The notes: a model not told the origin generated them from the sequence alone. Counted from the first letter of the stretch, positions 19,420 to 29,971 are shown. The stretch is DNA of 31,694 nt from Actinomycetota bacterium (GCA_046093985.1 JBJTGO010000260.1:1-31694); one strand, 5' to 3'. Program-made: numbers and translations.

Positions 19420-22400
19420 CTAACGAGCATCGACATCGAACTCATCGAGTCGGACTGCCTCACCCGAACCTGTCGAATCGAATGGTGAATAGTCATACTC
19501 GTCGTATGCGGCGTAGACCGCGGCCTTCGCTTCCTCAGTCGGCTCGACCTTGACGTTGCGATAACGTGCAAGACCAGTTCCCGCTGGGATGAGCTTGCCG
19601 ATGATGACGTTCTCCTTGAGACCGAGGAGCGGATCACGCTTCCCAGCAAGTGCAGCATCAGTGAGGACACGAGTCGTCTCCTGGAACGATGCAGCAGAGA
19701 GCCATGATTCGGTAGCAAGCGATGCCTTGGTGATACCCATCAACTCGGCACGACCAGATGCCGCCTTCGCACCCTCTTGGACGACGCGTCGGTTCTCGGC
19801 TTCAAGTCTTGCGCGATCGACAAGTTCGCCTGGCAAGAGATCGGTATCTCCTGGCTCAAGAACAGTTGCGCGCTTGAGCATCTGGCGGACGATAATCTCG
19901 ATGTGCTTGTCGTGGATCGATACACCTTGTGATCGATAGACCTCTTGGATCTCAGTGACCAAGTGGACTTGAGTCGCACGGGGTCCGAGGATCTTGAGGA
20001 CTTGCTTCGGATCGATAGCACCGACGACCAACTTCTCGCCAACGCCGACCTTGCTTCCCTCATCTACGAGAAGCTTCTGACGACGAGTGATCGGATAGGC
20101 GATCGCCTCTGATCCATCTTCAGGTGTTACCAAGATCTTCTTGCCCTTGGAATCCTCAATGAAGGAGACAACACCGGCTGCTTCTGCAATCGGCGCGACA
20201 CCCTTCGGTGTGCGAGCTTCGAAGAGCTCGACGACGCGAGGAAGACCGTGGGTGATATCTCCAGCTTCGATGACGGCGCCACCGGTGTGGAAGGTACGCA
20301 TCGTGAGCTGAGTTCCTGGTTCACCGATCGACTGTGCGGCGATGATTCCGACCGCTTCGCCGACATCGACGATCTTGCCGGAGGCCATCGATCGGCCGTA
20401 GCACATAGCGCATTGACCGAACTTGGAATCACAGGTGAGAACGGAACGGACCTTCACTTCGGTCACTCCATTGGAAAGGAGTAGTTCGATGTGACGATCA
20501 CCGAGATCGGTACCGGCAGGAAGGACTTCCTTGCCGCCAGCGGTCACTGCCTCAGCAAGGACGCGACCGAAGATCGAAGTCTCGACGTACTTGTCGCGCT
20601 CGATTCCTTCTGAAGTCTTCGCACCGATTGCGAGAGTGAGACCACGGTCAGTACCGCAATCCTCTTCACGGATGATGACATCTTGAGCGACGTCGCAGAG
20701 ACGACGAGTCAAGTAGCCAGAGTCAGCGGTACGTAGCGCGGTATCAGCAAGACCCTTACGTGCACCGTGTGTCGAGATGAAGTACTCGAGTACTGAGAGT
20801 CCCTCACGGAAGTTCGACTTGATCGGACGAGCGATGATCTCGCCCTTCGGGTTCGCAACCAGACCACGCATACCCGCAATCTGACGGATCTGCATCATAT
20901 TTCCGCGAGCACCTGAGTAGACCATCATCCAAACCGGGTTGTTGGATGGGAAGTTCTTCTCCATGCTGTCGCTGATCTTGGCAGTTGCCTCAGTCCAGAT
21001 TTCGATCAATTCCTGACGACGCTCGTCATTGGTAATCAGACCGTTGTCGTACTGCATCTGAACCTTGTCTGCACGCTTCTCGTACTCATCAAGGATCTGT
21101 TGCTTATCTGGCGGAGTGACGACATCTTCAATACCGATCGTCGCAGCAGCGCGTGTGGCCCAATAGAAGCCAAGGGCCTTGAGTTGATCGAGTACGGCAG
21201 CGACGACGACCTTCGGGTATCCCTCTGCGAGTCGATCGACGACTGCGGAGATGCCTTTCTTGGTCACTTCGCTCTCGACGTAGCCGAAGTCATCCGGCAA
21301 GACCTCATTGAAGAGCGCGCGACCGAGTGTGGTCTCGCGGATCTGATCATTGAGTCGGATCTTGACCTTCGCTTGTAGTGAGAGCGTGCGCTGCTCATGT
21401 GCCATCAACGCTTCAGCGATCGAAGCGAATGCGCGACCCTCTCCGAGCTCACCATCACGTTGTGATGTGAGATAGAAGATGCCAAGGACCATGTCCTGGG
21501 TCGGGGTTGCAAGTGGACGACCGCTCGCTGGCGAGAGGATGTTGTTCGAAGAGAGCATGAGGACGCGTGCCTCAGCCTGTGCCTCTGCGGAGAGTGGCAC
21601 GTGAACAGCCATCTGATCACCGTCGAAGTCTGCGTTGAAAGCGGTACAGACCAATGGATGGATCTGAATCGCCTTACCTTCGATCAAGAGCGGTTCGAAT
21701 GCCTGGATTCCGAGACGGTGGAGAGTCGGTGCTCGGTTGAGCAATACAGGATGCTCAGCGATCACCTCTTCCAAGACATCCCAAACCACAGAACGTGAAC
21801 GCTCGACCATGCGCTTTGCCGACTTGATGTTCTGCGCGTGGTTGAGATCGACGAGTCGCTTCATGACGAACGGCTTGAAGAGTTCGAGCGCCATCTGCTT
21901 TGGCAGACCACACTGATGCAACTTCAACTGAGGACCTGCGACGATCACGGAACGGCCGGAGTAATCGACGCGCTTTCCAAGCAAGTTCTGACGGAAGCGG
22001 CCTTGCTTACCCTTCAACATGTCGCTCAAGGACTTGAGTGCACGGTTACCAGGACCGGTGACCGGACGACCACGACGACCATTGTCGAAGAGTGCATCGA
22101 CTGCCTCTTGGAGCATGCGCTTCTCGTTATTGACGATGATCTCAGGAGCACCGAGATCGACGAGACGCTTCAAACGGTTGTTGCGGTTGATGACGCGGCG
22201 ATAGAGATCGTTGAGATCCGATGTCGCAAAGCGACCACCATCGAGCTGGACCATCGGACGAAGGTCTGGCGGGATGACTGGGATGCAATCAAGGACCATC
22301 GAGGTCGCTGAGTTACCAGTGGAGAGGAAGGAGTTGACCACCTTGAGGCGCTTGATCGCGCGGGTCTTCTTCTGTCCCTTGCCGCTCTGGCTGATCTCAT

Positions 22401-23232
22401 TGAGCTTGTCGAACTCTGCTTGGAGATCGAAGGTCTCAAGGCGGCGTTGGATCGCAGCAGCGCCCATCGCTCCCTTGAAGAAAATCCCGTAGCGATCACG
22501 CATCAAGCGATAGAGGTTCTCATCACCTTCGAGATCTTGGACCTTGAGGTTCTTGAATCGTGACCATACTTCTTGCAGGCGATCGATCTCTTTCTGATGA
22601 CGCTCGCGAATGGTCTTGAGTTCGCGCTCAGCCGCATCTCGAACCTTGCGACGAGCATCGGACTTGGCACCCTCTTCTTCGAGCTCTGCGAGATCCTCTT
22701 CGAGCTTCTTCTGGCGGGTGTCGAGGTCGAGATCGCGCTTCGTCTCGATCTTCTTGATATCGGAGAAGAGCTTCTTCTCAAGTTTTGGAAGTTCTTCGTC
22801 ACGTGCTTCGGTATCGACCTCGGTGATCATGTACGCAGCGAAGTAGATGACCTTCTCGAGGTCCTTCGGTGCGAGATCAAGGAGATAACCGAGACGTGAT
22901 GGAACGCCCTTGAAGTACCAGATATGTGTCACTGGCGCTGCGAGTTCGATATGGCCCATACGTTCACGACGGACCTTGGCGCGAGTGACCTCGACGCCGC
23001 AACGCTCGCAGATGATGCCCTTGAATCGGACGCGCTTGTACTTACCGCAGTAGCACTCCCAATCGCGAGTAGGTCCGAAGATCTTCTCGTCGAAGAGGCC
23101 GTCCTTTTCTGGCTTCAGGGTTCGGTAGTTGATGGTCTCTGGCTTCTTCACTTCACCAAAGGACCACTCACGGATGTTCTGAGCGGATGCGAGACCGATC
23201 CGCAACTCATCGAAGAAATTGACGTCTAACAT
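19420..23232 (-). CDS. rpoC: DNA-directed RNA polymerase subunit beta'
   Basis: Catalytic NADFDGD, N-terminal Zn ribbon (CYCGKY...CERC), [10 protein letters not shown] trigger loop, actinobacterial coiled-coil insert near the N-terminus. Confidence 0.99.
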   Translation of the reverse strand: MLDVNFFDELRIGLASAQNIREWSFGEVKKPETINYRTLKPEKDGLFDEKIFGPTRDWECYCGKYKRVRFKGIICERCGVEVTRAKVRRERMGHIELAAPVTHIWYFKGVPSRLGYLLDLAPKDLEKVIYFAAYMITEVDTEARDEELPKLEKKLFSDIKKIETKRDLDLDTRQKKLEEDLAELEEEGAKSDARRKVRDAAERELKTIRERHQKEIDRLQEVWSRFKNLKVQDLEGDENLYRLMRDRYGIFFKGAMGAAAIQRRLETFDLQAEFDKLNEISQSGKGQKKTRAIKRLKVVNSFLSTGNSATSMVLDCIPVIPPDLRPMVQLDGGRFATSDLNDLYRRVINRNNRLKRLVDLGAPEIIVNNEKRMLQEAVDALFDNGRRGRPVTGPGNRALKSLSDMLKGKQGRFRQNLLGKRVDYSGRSVIVAGPQLKLHQCGLPKQMALELFKPFVMKRLVDLNHAQNIKSAKRMVERSRSVVWDVLEEVIAEHPVLLNRAPTLHRLGIQAFEPLLIEGKAIQIHPLVCTAFNADFDGDQMAVHVPLSAEAQAEARVLMLSSNNILSPASGRPLATPTQDMVLGIFYLTSQRDGELGEGRAFASIAEALMAHEQRTLSLQAKVKIRLNDQIRETTLGRALFNEVLPDDFGYVESEVTKKGISAVVDRLAEGYPKVVVAAVLDQLKALGFYWATRAAATIGIEDVVTPPDKQQILDEYEKRADKVQMQYDNGLITNDERRQELIEIWTEATAKISDSMEKNFPSNNPVWMMVYSGARGNMMQIRQIAGMRGLVANPKGEIIARPIKSNFREGLSVLEYFISTHGARKGLADTALRTADSGYLTRRLCDVAQDVIIREEDCGTDRGLTLAIGAKTSEGIERDKYVETSIFGRVLAEAVTAGGKEVLPAGTDLGDRHIELLLSNGVTEVKVRSVLTCDSKFGQCAMCYGRSMASGKIVDVGEAVGIIAAQSIGEPGTQLTMRTFHTGGAVIEAGDITHGLPRVVELFEARTPKGVAPIAEAAGVVSFIEDSKGKKILVTPEDGSEAIAYPITRRQKLLVDEGSKVGVGEKLVVGAIDPKQVLKILGPRATQVHLVTEIQEVYRSQGVSIHDKHIEIIVRQMLKRATVLEPGDTDLLPGELVDRARLEAENRRVVQEGAKAASGRAELMGITKASLATESWLSAASFQETTRVLTDAALAGKRDPLLGLKENVIIGKLIPAGTGLARYRNVKVEPTEEAKAAVYAAYDEYDYSPFDSTGSGEAVRLDEFDVDAR

Positions 23233-23246
23233 TTATCTCTCCCCCA

Positions 23247-26200
23247 TCACACTTCTTCGACCGAACTTGGCTCAACCCTGGAGAGGTTGATTCCGAGTTC
23301 TTCTGCGGTTCGGAACACTTCTTCATCAGTGTCACGCATCTCGATCGCGACGCCCTCGGATGAGAGGACTTCGACGTTCAAGCAGAGTGACTGCATCTCT
23401 TTCACAAGCACCTTGAATGACTCTGGGATACCTGGCTCTGGGATGTTCTCGCCCTTGACGATCGCCTCGTAGACCTTGACGCGGCCCAAGACATCGTCGG
23501 ACTTGATGGTGAGCAACTCTTGCAAGGTGTAAGCGGCGCCGTATGCCTCGAGCGCCCAGACTTCCATCTCACCGAATCGCTGACCGCCGAACTGTGCCTT
23601 TCCACCGAGAGGCTGCTGGGTGATCATCGAGTATGGACCGGTCGAACGTGCGTGGATCTTGTCGTCGACCAAGTGGTGCAACTTCAAGATGTACATGTAT
23701 CCGACCGAGATGCCATCACGATATGGCTCACCGGTGCGACCATCGAAGAGTTGTGCCTTTCCTCGATTGTCGACGAGTTGCATGCCATCGGCATTCGGCA
23801 ATGTTGATCCGAGAAGACCGAAGATCTCATCTTCCTTCGCACCATCGAAGACCGGCGTCGCAACGCGAGTTCCTGGATCAGCTTCTGCCGCACCGATGGT
23901 GTGCATGCGCTGCTTCCAATCCTCATCGCTTCCGACAACTTTCCAACCACTCTTCGCAACCCAAACGAGCTGGGTCTCAAGAACCTGACCGACATTCATA
24001 CGACCAGGGACACCGAGTGGATTGAGAACGACATCGACGGGAGTTCCATCTGCGAGGAATGGCATGTCCTCCGCAGGAAGGATCTTGGAGATGACGCCCT
24101 TGTTTCCGTGGCGACCTGCGAGCTTGTCACCGTCTTGGATCTTTCGCTTCTGTGCGACATAGACGCGGACGACTTGATTGACACCAGCAGGAAGGTCGTA
24201 ACCCTCATCGATATCTTGGATCTTCACATCGATGACTCGACCGCCTTCACCGTGTGGAACCTTGAGTGAGGTATCTCGAACTTCGCGAGCCTTCTCACCG
24301 AAGATCGCACGAAGGAGTCGCTCTTCCGGAGTCAGTTCGGTCTCGCCCTTCGGCGTCACCTTTCCAACCAGGATGTCACCAGGGACGACCTCAGCACCGA
24401 TGCGGATGATTCCGCGCTCATCAAGATCTGCGAGGACCTCTTCAGAGACGTTCGGGATATCGCGAGTGATCTCCTCAGGTCCGAGCTTGGTATCACGAGC
24501 ATCGACTTCATACTCTTCAATATGAATAGAGGAGAGGACATCGTCTTGGACGAGGCGCTGAGACAAGATGATCGCATCCTCGAAGTTGTGACCGTCCCCT
24601 GACATGAACGCGACGAGAAGGTTCTTACCCAAAGCCATCTCACCGAGTTGTGTACTTGGACCATCTGCGATCACTTGGCCGGTGACGACCTTCTCTCCCA
24701 CCGAGACGACAGCACGCTGATTACGTGAAGTTCCCTGGTTGGAGCGGATGAACTTCTCGAGGAAGTAGACATCCTGTCCGCCATCATCGTTCTTGATTGT
24801 GATCTGATCCGCCTCAACCTCAGAGACGACGCCACCCTTCGTTGCGGTGACGACATCGCCAGCATCGACAGCGGCGCGGTATTCCATACCGGTTCCGACA
24901 TAAGGAGCCTCAGCACGGATCAATGGGACTGCCTGACGCATCATGTTCGAACCCATCAAAGCGCGGTTCGCATCATCATGCTCGAGGAACGGGATCATTG
25001 CGGTGGAAACCGAAACCATCTGGCGCGGAGAGACGTCCATGTAATCGACTTCTTCTGCGTTGATGTATTCGACTTCACCACCACGACGACGAACCAAGAC
25101 CTTCGCTTCAGCGAAGTGGTTGTCTTCGGTCAAAGGAGCATTCGCCTGAGCGATGATGTGCTCATCCTCTTGATCAGCGGTCAAGTAATCGACTTGATCA
25201 GAGACCTTGCCCTTGATGACTTTGCGATAGGGAGTCTCGACGAAACCGAATGGTGTGAGACGACCGTAGGTTGCGAGCGCACCGATAAGTCCGATGTTCG
25301 GTCCTTCCGGCGTTTCGATCGGACACATACGTCCATAGTGGGATGGGTGGACGTCGCGGACTTCGAAGCCAGCGCGATCACGTGAGAGACCGCCAGGTCC
25401 AAGCGCCGAGAGACGTCGCTTATGTGTAAGACCAGAGAGCGGATTCGTTTGATCCATGAACTGCGAGAGCTGGGATGTTCCGAAGAACTCCTTGATCGAT
25501 GCAGTGACCGGACGGATGTTGATCAAGGTCTGTGGCGTGATCGCCTCGACATCTTGAGTCGTCATACGTTCCTTGACCACGCGCTCCATACGGGAAAGCC
25601 CGGTACGGACCTGGTTCTGGATCAACTCGCCGACGCTGCGAAGGCGACGGTTTCCGAAGTGGTCGATATCGTCGATTTCGACGCGTACCTCACGGCCCGC
25701 TTCGTGAACCTCACGGCCGTAGTCCATGAAGGCATCGCCACGGTGGAGTGCTGCGAGATATCGGATCGTCGCAACAATGTCCTCGATGGTGAGGAGATTC
25801 TGCGTCAATTCATGCTTGATACCGAGCTTCTTGTTGATCTTGTAACGACCGACCTTGGCGAGGTCATAGCGCTTCGGATTGAAGTAGAGATTCTGGATCA
25901 ATTGGAGAGCGGCTTCCTTCGTTGGTGGCTCACCAGGACGCATCTTGCGATAGATATCAAGGAGTGCGTTGTCTTGATCGTGGACGGTGTCCTTCTCGAG
26001 TGTTCCCATGATGGATGGGAAATCGCCGAACTCACTTCGTACCTGATCATCACTCCAACCAAGCGCCTTCAAGAAGACGGTGACCGATTGCTTACGTTTA
26101 CGATCGATACGGACGCCAGCAAAGTCCTTCTTGTCGATCTCGAACTCGAGCCAAGCACCACGGCTTGGGATGATCTTCGAAGTCAAGACATCCTTGTCGG

Positions 26201-26720
26201 ATGACTTCTCGATCGTGCGTTCGAAATAGACGCCGGGCGAACGGACGAGCTGCGATACGACAACGCGCTCGGTTCCATTGATGATGAATGTGCCGCGAGG
26301 TGTCATCAATGGGAAGTCGCCCATGAATACGGTCTGTGACTTGATCTCACCGGTGACGTTGTTCATGAACTCAGCGGTGACGAAGAGTGGGCGCGAATAA
26401 GTAAGGTCTCGCTCCTTGCACTCGATCATGGTGTTCTTCGGTTCTTCGAAGTAGTGATCGCGGAACGAGAGAGACATCGTTCCCTGTACATCTTCTATCG
26501 GGGAGATCTCTTCGAAGATCTCTTGGAGACCCGACTGCTTCGGGACGTCATCTCGTCCCGCCTTCTCGGCTTCCGCAAGACGCGCTTTCCACGACTCGTT
26601 GCCAAGCAGCCAGTCGAAGCTCTCGATCTGGTGGGCTAGGAGGTTCGGTACTTCTTGTGGTTCACGGATCTTTGCGAAGGAAATTCTCTTTGGAGCATTT
26701 GTTTTCGATTTCGCGGCCAA
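23247..26720 (-). CDS. rpoB: DNA-directed RNA polymerase subunit beta
   Basis: Rif cluster [50 protein letters not shown]. The start was reassigned to TTG 26720, preceded by GGAAGGA. Confidence 0.99.
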   Translation of the reverse strand: MAAKSKTNAPKRISFAKIREPQEVPNLLAHQIESFDWLLGNESWKARLAEAEKAGRDDVPKQSGLQEIFEEISPIEDVQGTMSLSFRDHYFEEPKNTMIECKERDLTYSRPLFVTAEFMNNVTGEIKSQTVFMGDFPLMTPRGTFIINGTERVVVSQLVRSPGVYFERTIEKSSDKDVLTSKIIPSRGAWLEFEIDKKDFAGVRIDRKRKQSVTVFLKALGWSDDQVRSEFGDFPSIMGTLEKDTVHDQDNALLDIYRKMRPGEPPTKEAALQLIQNLYFNPKRYDLAKVGRYKINKKLGIKHELTQNLLTIEDIVATIRYLAALHRGDAFMDYGREVHEAGREVRVEIDDIDHFGNRRLRSVGELIQNQVRTGLSRMERVVKERMTTQDVEAITPQTLINIRPVTASIKEFFGTSQLSQFMDQTNPLSGLTHKRRLSALGPGGLSRDRAGFEVRDVHPSHYGRMCPIETPEGPNIGLIGALATYGRLTPFGFVETPYRKVIKGKVSDQVDYLTADQEDEHIIAQANAPLTEDNHFAEAKVLVRRRGGEVEYINAEEVDYMDVSPRQMVSVSTAMIPFLEHDDANRALMGSNMMRQAVPLIRAEAPYVGTGMEYRAAVDAGDVVTATKGGVVSEVEADQITIKNDDGGQDVYFLEKFIRSNQGTSRNQRAVVSVGEKVVTGQVIADGPSTQLGEMALGKNLLVAFMSGDGHNFEDAIILSQRLVQDDVLSSIHIEEYEVDARDTKLGPEEITRDIPNVSEEVLADLDERGIIRIGAEVVPGDILVGKVTPKGETELTPEERLLRAIFGEKAREVRDTSLKVPHGEGGRVIDVKIQDIDEGYDLPAGVNQVVRVYVAQKRKIQDGDKLAGRHGNKGVISKILPAEDMPFLADGTPVDVVLNPLGVPGRMNVGQVLETQLVWVAKSGWKVVGSDEDWKQRMHTIGAAEADPGTRVATPVFDGAKEDEIFGLLGSTLPNADGMQLVDNRGKAQLFDGRTGEPYRDGISVGYMYILKLHHLVDDKIHARSTGPYSMITQQPLGGKAQFGGQRFGEMEVWALEAYGAAYTLQELLTIKSDDVLGRVKVYEAIVKGENIPEPGIPESFKVLVKEMQSLCLNVEVLSSEGVAIEMRDTDEEVFRTAEELGINLSRVEPSSVEEV

Positions 26721-26808
26721 CGTGTGTTCCTTCCGAAGGTAAGGCGCACGCAACTAGAAGGTCCGAGCCGCTATATGCAGGACCCCCAGGGATTTTGTGC
26801 GAAGGAGG

Positions 26809-26838
26809 AGGGTATCGCCCCGGGGTCGGGCGTGTCTA
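26809..26838 (-). promoter_or_regulatory. Housekeeping sigma promoter of rpoBC
   Basis: Minus strand TAGACA (26838-26833), 18-nt spacer, TACCCT (26814-26809); same -10 hexamer and spacer length as the rpsL promoter. Confidence 0.65.
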
Positions 26839-26870
26839 ATCCGCCCCATTTGTCTCAGCCAAGGCAGCAG

Positions 26871-26890
26871 ATGTTGCATTATTGCTACAT
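26871..26890. promoter_or_regulatory. Putative XRE operator (imperfect palindrome over the -35)
   Basis: ATGTTGCA-ttat-TGCTACAT has 7/8 symmetry; TGCTAC recurs at 26899-26904 over the -10. Confidence 0.55.
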
Positions 26891-26910
26891 AGTATTTATG
26901 CTACGACACA
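26874..26910 (+). promoter_or_regulatory. Promoter of the XRE operon, probably leaderless
   Basis: TTGCAT (26874-26879), 17-nt spacer, TATGCT (26897-26902), then 7 nt to the ATG at 26910. Confidence 0.7.
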
Positions 26911-27140
26911 TGGGTCGCAAGCCAAGGGAAGAAGAAGGCCTGGTCGGGAACCGAGTCGAGGACGTGCGCACCAAAGTGGGGATGAGCCGACAGGAACTAG
27001 CTGATGAGGTCGGCGTCCACTACCAGACCATCGGATACATCGAACGCGGGGAGTACTCCCCATCTCTTGTCTTAGCGCTTCGTATTGCAGATGCGCTAGG
27101 TACCAATATCGAAGACTTATTCTGGATCGAAGGGAAATAG
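26910..27140 (+). CDS. XRE-family (Cro/CI HTH_3) transcriptional regulator
   Basis: NRVEDVRTKVGMSRQELADEVGVHYQTIGYIERGEYSPSLVLALRIADALG is a classic XRE HTH. The long track ORF from 26655 is an upstream over-extension; ATG 26898 is an alternative start. Confidence 0.9.
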   Translation: MGRKPREEEGLVGNRVEDVRTKVGMSRQELADEVGVHYQTIGYIERGEYSPSLVLALRIADALGTNIEDLFWIEGK

Positions 27141-27143
27141 GAA

Positions 27144-27686
27144 ATGAATCAGTCGAAGCGAGAGAAGAATAGGTTCTATTGGTTGGAGGGGACAACTAAG
27201 AAAGACATCGAGAGACTTCTCCACAGTCAGGGCTTTGGTTGGCTTAGGTCTCAGAGGAATCGACGCGCTCTAGTTCTTCTTCATACGCTCTCACTCGCAC
27301 TTGTAGCATCAGGAAGTTATTACAAACAGTTCAAGGAGTGGTTTGGCGGAGATAGTCTCATTCCGATGTTCTCGCTGATCGTAGTGACTGTCCTAACACT
27401 GACCTGCTTCAGCTTCTTGCGAGTCAGTGTTAGGGGAATTGCGGAATCGCCAGATGAGCTTTTAGATGAACGACAGAGAGCGATTAGGAACTCCAACTAT
27501 AGATATTCGTATCTTCTCCTTGGTTATGTGTTTATAGCCTTCATATTGCTCGTACAACTTTCGCCCGATTCGCGACCTTTCGGTGATGAACCAATGGGAG
27601 ATGCTTCGTTCATTTACATCTCCCTCTTGATGACGCTCGCTTCGCTACCTTCCATGGTTATGGCTTGGCGGGAACGAGATATCTAG
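27144..27686 (+). CDS. Uncharacterised membrane protein (about 4 TM) with LDERQ..IR motif, DUF2178-like
   Basis: 180 aa with four hydrophobic stretches and DELLDERQRAIRNSNYRYSY between them; starts 3 nt after the XRE stop. Family assignment is from recalled motif only. Confidence 0.65.
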   Translation: MNQSKREKNRFYWLEGTTKKDIERLLHSQGFGWLRSQRNRRALVLLHTLSLALVASGSYYKQFKEWFGGDSLIPMFSLIVVTVLTLTCFSFLRVSVRGIAESPDELLDERQRAIRNSNYRYSYLLLGYVFIAFILLVQLSPDSRPFGDEPMGDASFIYISLLMTLASLPSMVMAWRERDI

Positions 27687-28843
27687 TGAATCAGGTAGTC
27701 GAACGCGATCTAGCCCCCGATGCACTTCGAGGATTCGCACTCCTTGGAATCTTGATCGTCAACATCCCTTTCTTGGCGCTCCTCTCGGCTGAGGGCGCTC
27801 GGGGCACTTGGCTTGAAGGGCTCGCAAATGGAACCGCAGCAGGCTTGATGATTGCTCTCTTTGCGGGGAAGTTCTACATCCTCTTCGCATTCCTCTTCGG
27901 TTACAGCGCGAGCTACATAATCAAAGATGATCGATCAAACCGCAAAAGATGGGCAAGGCGTTCACTCGCCCTGATGCTTTTTGGCGCAATCCACTTCACC
28001 TTCTTCTGGCACGGTGACATCCTCTTCCTATACGGACTCTTTGGACTTCTTCTCATCCCATTCCTGTTCCGCACAGATAGAACGCTCAAGATTTGGACCA
28101 GAGTGATTTATTCCATCTTCACCGTGATCTTGGTCTTTGCAGCAAGTTCTGTCTTGATCTTTGAAAGGCTCATGCCTGAGGAAGTTGAGTTTGAAGTCGA
28201 TAACGAGATGCCCCTTGATGCCGTCATGCGTGATGGCAGTTTTGTTGAGGCCATCGCACCAAGGCTTGAGCTCTGGATCTTCGGTATCGGAACCGGGATC
28301 CTGCTTCAAGGCGGCTTCGTCTTCGCTGCATTTCTCTTTGGCCTACGTTCTGGAAGAGCGCGCTTGTTATCCAAGCCGTTGGAAGAGCTAACTCTTGGTA
28401 GAAAGATCAAGGTGGCACTCTTTATCGGACTTCCATTGCAGGTAACTGGCGCGGTGCTTGCTGTGCTCAATGAACAGTCCACAAAGACTTCAGAAGGCAC
28501 ATTTCTTTTTGCGCTCGTCATCTGCTTTGTGACGGCTCCGTTGCTGACATTCGGGTACGTTGCCTTATTCCTCCGATGGATTCAGAAGGAATCTCGGGGA
28601 GTGAATTGGTTGCGGCAAGCGGGTCGGATGTCGCTCACCGTCTATCTATCCCAGTCAGTGGTTGTCTCTCTTCTCTTCGCACCGTGGGGATTGGGACTCT
28701 TCCAAGAAGTACCACTCTGGGCAGTACTTCTGATTGCGGTCGGTGTGTGGATGGTCCTTGTACAACTCTCAAATCTCTGGCTCAATCGATTTGATCAAGG
28801 TCCGCTCGAGCGGGTTATGCATCTACTGACTAAGCGAGGATAA
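27686..28843 (+). CDS. DUF418 / YeiB-family multi-pass membrane protein
   Basis: DALRGFALLGILIVNI, GKFYILFAFLFGYS, WHGDIL..YG, GRMSLTVYLSQS, W...F.QGPLE. The GTG start at 27686 overlaps the upstream TAG. Confidence 0.87.
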   Translation: MNQVVERDLAPDALRGFALLGILIVNIPFLALLSAEGARGTWLEGLANGTAAGLMIALFAGKFYILFAFLFGYSASYIIKDDRSNRKRWARRSLALMLFGAIHFTFFWHGDILFLYGLFGLLLIPFLFRTDRTLKIWTRVIYSIFTVILVFAASSVLIFERLMPEEVEFEVDNEMPLDAVMRDGSFVEAIAPRLELWIFGIGTGILLQGGFVFAAFLFGLRSGRARLLSKPLEELTLGRKIKVALFIGLPLQVTGAVLAVLNEQSTKTSEGTFLFALVICFVTAPLLTFGYVALFLRWIQKESRGVNWLRQAGRMSLTVYLSQSVVVSLLFAPWGLGLFQEVPLWAVLLIAVGVWMVLVQLSNLWLNRFDQGPLERVMHLLTKRG

Positions 28844-28850
28844 ACAAATA

Positions 28851-28882
28851 GAAAAGGGGCCCCAGTTTCCCGGGGCCCCTTC
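28851..28882 (-). terminator. Intrinsic terminator after rplL (possibly bidirectional)
   Basis: Minus strand GAAGGGGCCCCGG-GAAA-CUGGGGCCCCUUUUC; lies between the convergent DUF418 and rplL stops. Confidence 0.85.
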
Positions 28883-28897
28883 GTGTGAACTGCTGAA

Positions 28898-29284
28898 TTA
28901 CTTGACGGTGACCTTTGCTCCAGCTGCCTCGAGAGCTGCCTTCGCCTTGTCAGCGACATCCTTCTTGACGTTCTCAAGGAGGGTTGCTGGGGTCGCATCG
29001 ACCAAGTCCTTGGCTTCCTTGAGACCAAGAGCTGAGTTCAGGTTACGTACTTCCTTGATGACGGCGATCTTCTGAGCGCCTGCATCCTCGAGTACGACAG
29101 TGAACTCTTCCTGTGCGGCCGCTGCTTCGCCACCTGCTGCTGCGCCACCTGCGGCGACAACTGCAACTGGTGCTGCTGCGGTCACATCGAATTCCTTCTC
29201 GAATGACTTCACGAACTCAGAGAGTTCTACCAAAGTCATCTCCTTGAACTGACCGAGTAGTTCATCGGTGCTGAGCTTTGCCAT
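28898..29284 (-). CDS. rplL: 50S ribosomal protein L7/L12
   Basis: [23 protein letters not shown], Ala/Gly hinge, [28 protein letters not shown]. Confidence 0.98.
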   Translation of the reverse strand: MAKLSTDELLGQFKEMTLVELSEFVKSFEKEFDVTAAAPVAVVAAGGAAAGGEAAAAQEEFTVVLEDAGAQKIAVIKEVRNLNSALGLKEAKDLVDATPATLLENVKKDVADKAKAALEAAGAKVTVK

Positions 29285-29314
29285 GTTCTTTTCCTTTTCC
29301 TTTGGTTATCTCTG

Positions 29315-29971
29315 TTATTCGGGTTGTGCTTCGGTTGATGTTTCTTGTACTGCTTCAGCTGCTGCTTCGGCAGGAACCTCAGCGACTGCCTCTGCGGCAG
29401 GTGCTTCGGCTACTACTTCTGCAGGTGCTTCTGCTTGTGCCTCGGTTGCGGTTTCGACTGCAGGTGCAGCCTCAGCGCTAGCAGGCGCGCCGCTCTCCAT
29501 CTTGATACGGAGTGCGTCGAATACTTGTGCGGCCTTTGCCATGGAAGCCTTCATCGCACCAGCCAGCTTCGAGAGCAAGACTTCGCGAGACTCGAGGTCC
29601 GCAAGTTGCATGATCTCAGCAGCAGTGACGCGCTTTCCTTCGTAGATCCCGCCCTTGATGACAAGTGCTGGGTTCTCCTTTTGGAAGGTCTTCAATGACT
29701 TAGCAGCAGCAATCGGATCACCCTTGATGAAAGCGAGTGCAGATGGTCCTGCTAGGAGCGCGTCGTCGATATCAACGCCGGCATCCTTCGCTGCGATCTT
29801 GGTGAGCGTGTTCTTTACGACCGAATACTTGGTCTCAGAACCAAGTGAACGGCGTAGCTCCTTGAGCGAGGTCACGGTCAGACCGCGATACTCGGTAAGG
29901 AAAGTCGCTTGGGCCGACTTGAAGTCTTCGACCAATTCGGCGACTGCGGCTGTCTTCTCCGGGCGAGCCAT
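29315..29971 (-). CDS. rplJ: 50S ribosomal protein L10 with 58-aa Ala/Glu/Pro-rich tail
   Basis: [45 protein letters not shown]. Confidence 0.97.
   Translation of the reverse strand: MARPEKTAAVAELVEDFKSAQATFLTEYRGLTVTSLKELRRSLGSETKYSVVKNTLTKIAAKDAGVDIDDALLAGPSALAFIKGDPIAAAKSLKTFQKENPALVIKGGIYEGKRVTAAEIMQLADLESREVLLSKLAGAMKASMAKAAQVFDALRIKMESGAPASAEAAPAVETATEAQAEAPAEVVAEAPAAEAVAEVPAEAAAEAVQETSTEAQPE

Noticed and set aside
25380-25490. Possible rifampicin-resistance mutations in RpoB cluster I
   Set aside because: The key Q, D, H, S and L positions match the sensitive consensus; the N-to-T in MDQTN is a common natural variant.
25422-26204. 260-aa plus-strand ORF antisense to rpoB, and similar shadows over fusA, tuf and rpoC
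   Set aside because: These are antisense artefacts of codon bias in conserved essential genes.
26721-26753. N-terminal [11 protein letters not shown] extension of RpoB in the track
   Set aside because: It contains the SD-like GGAAGGA; a TTG start at 26720 fits the actinobacterial pattern.
26655-26909. Upstream 85 codons of the 161-aa track ORF containing the XRE domain
   Set aside because: They run antisense through the rpoB start, leader and promoter; the promoter geometry supports a start at 26910.
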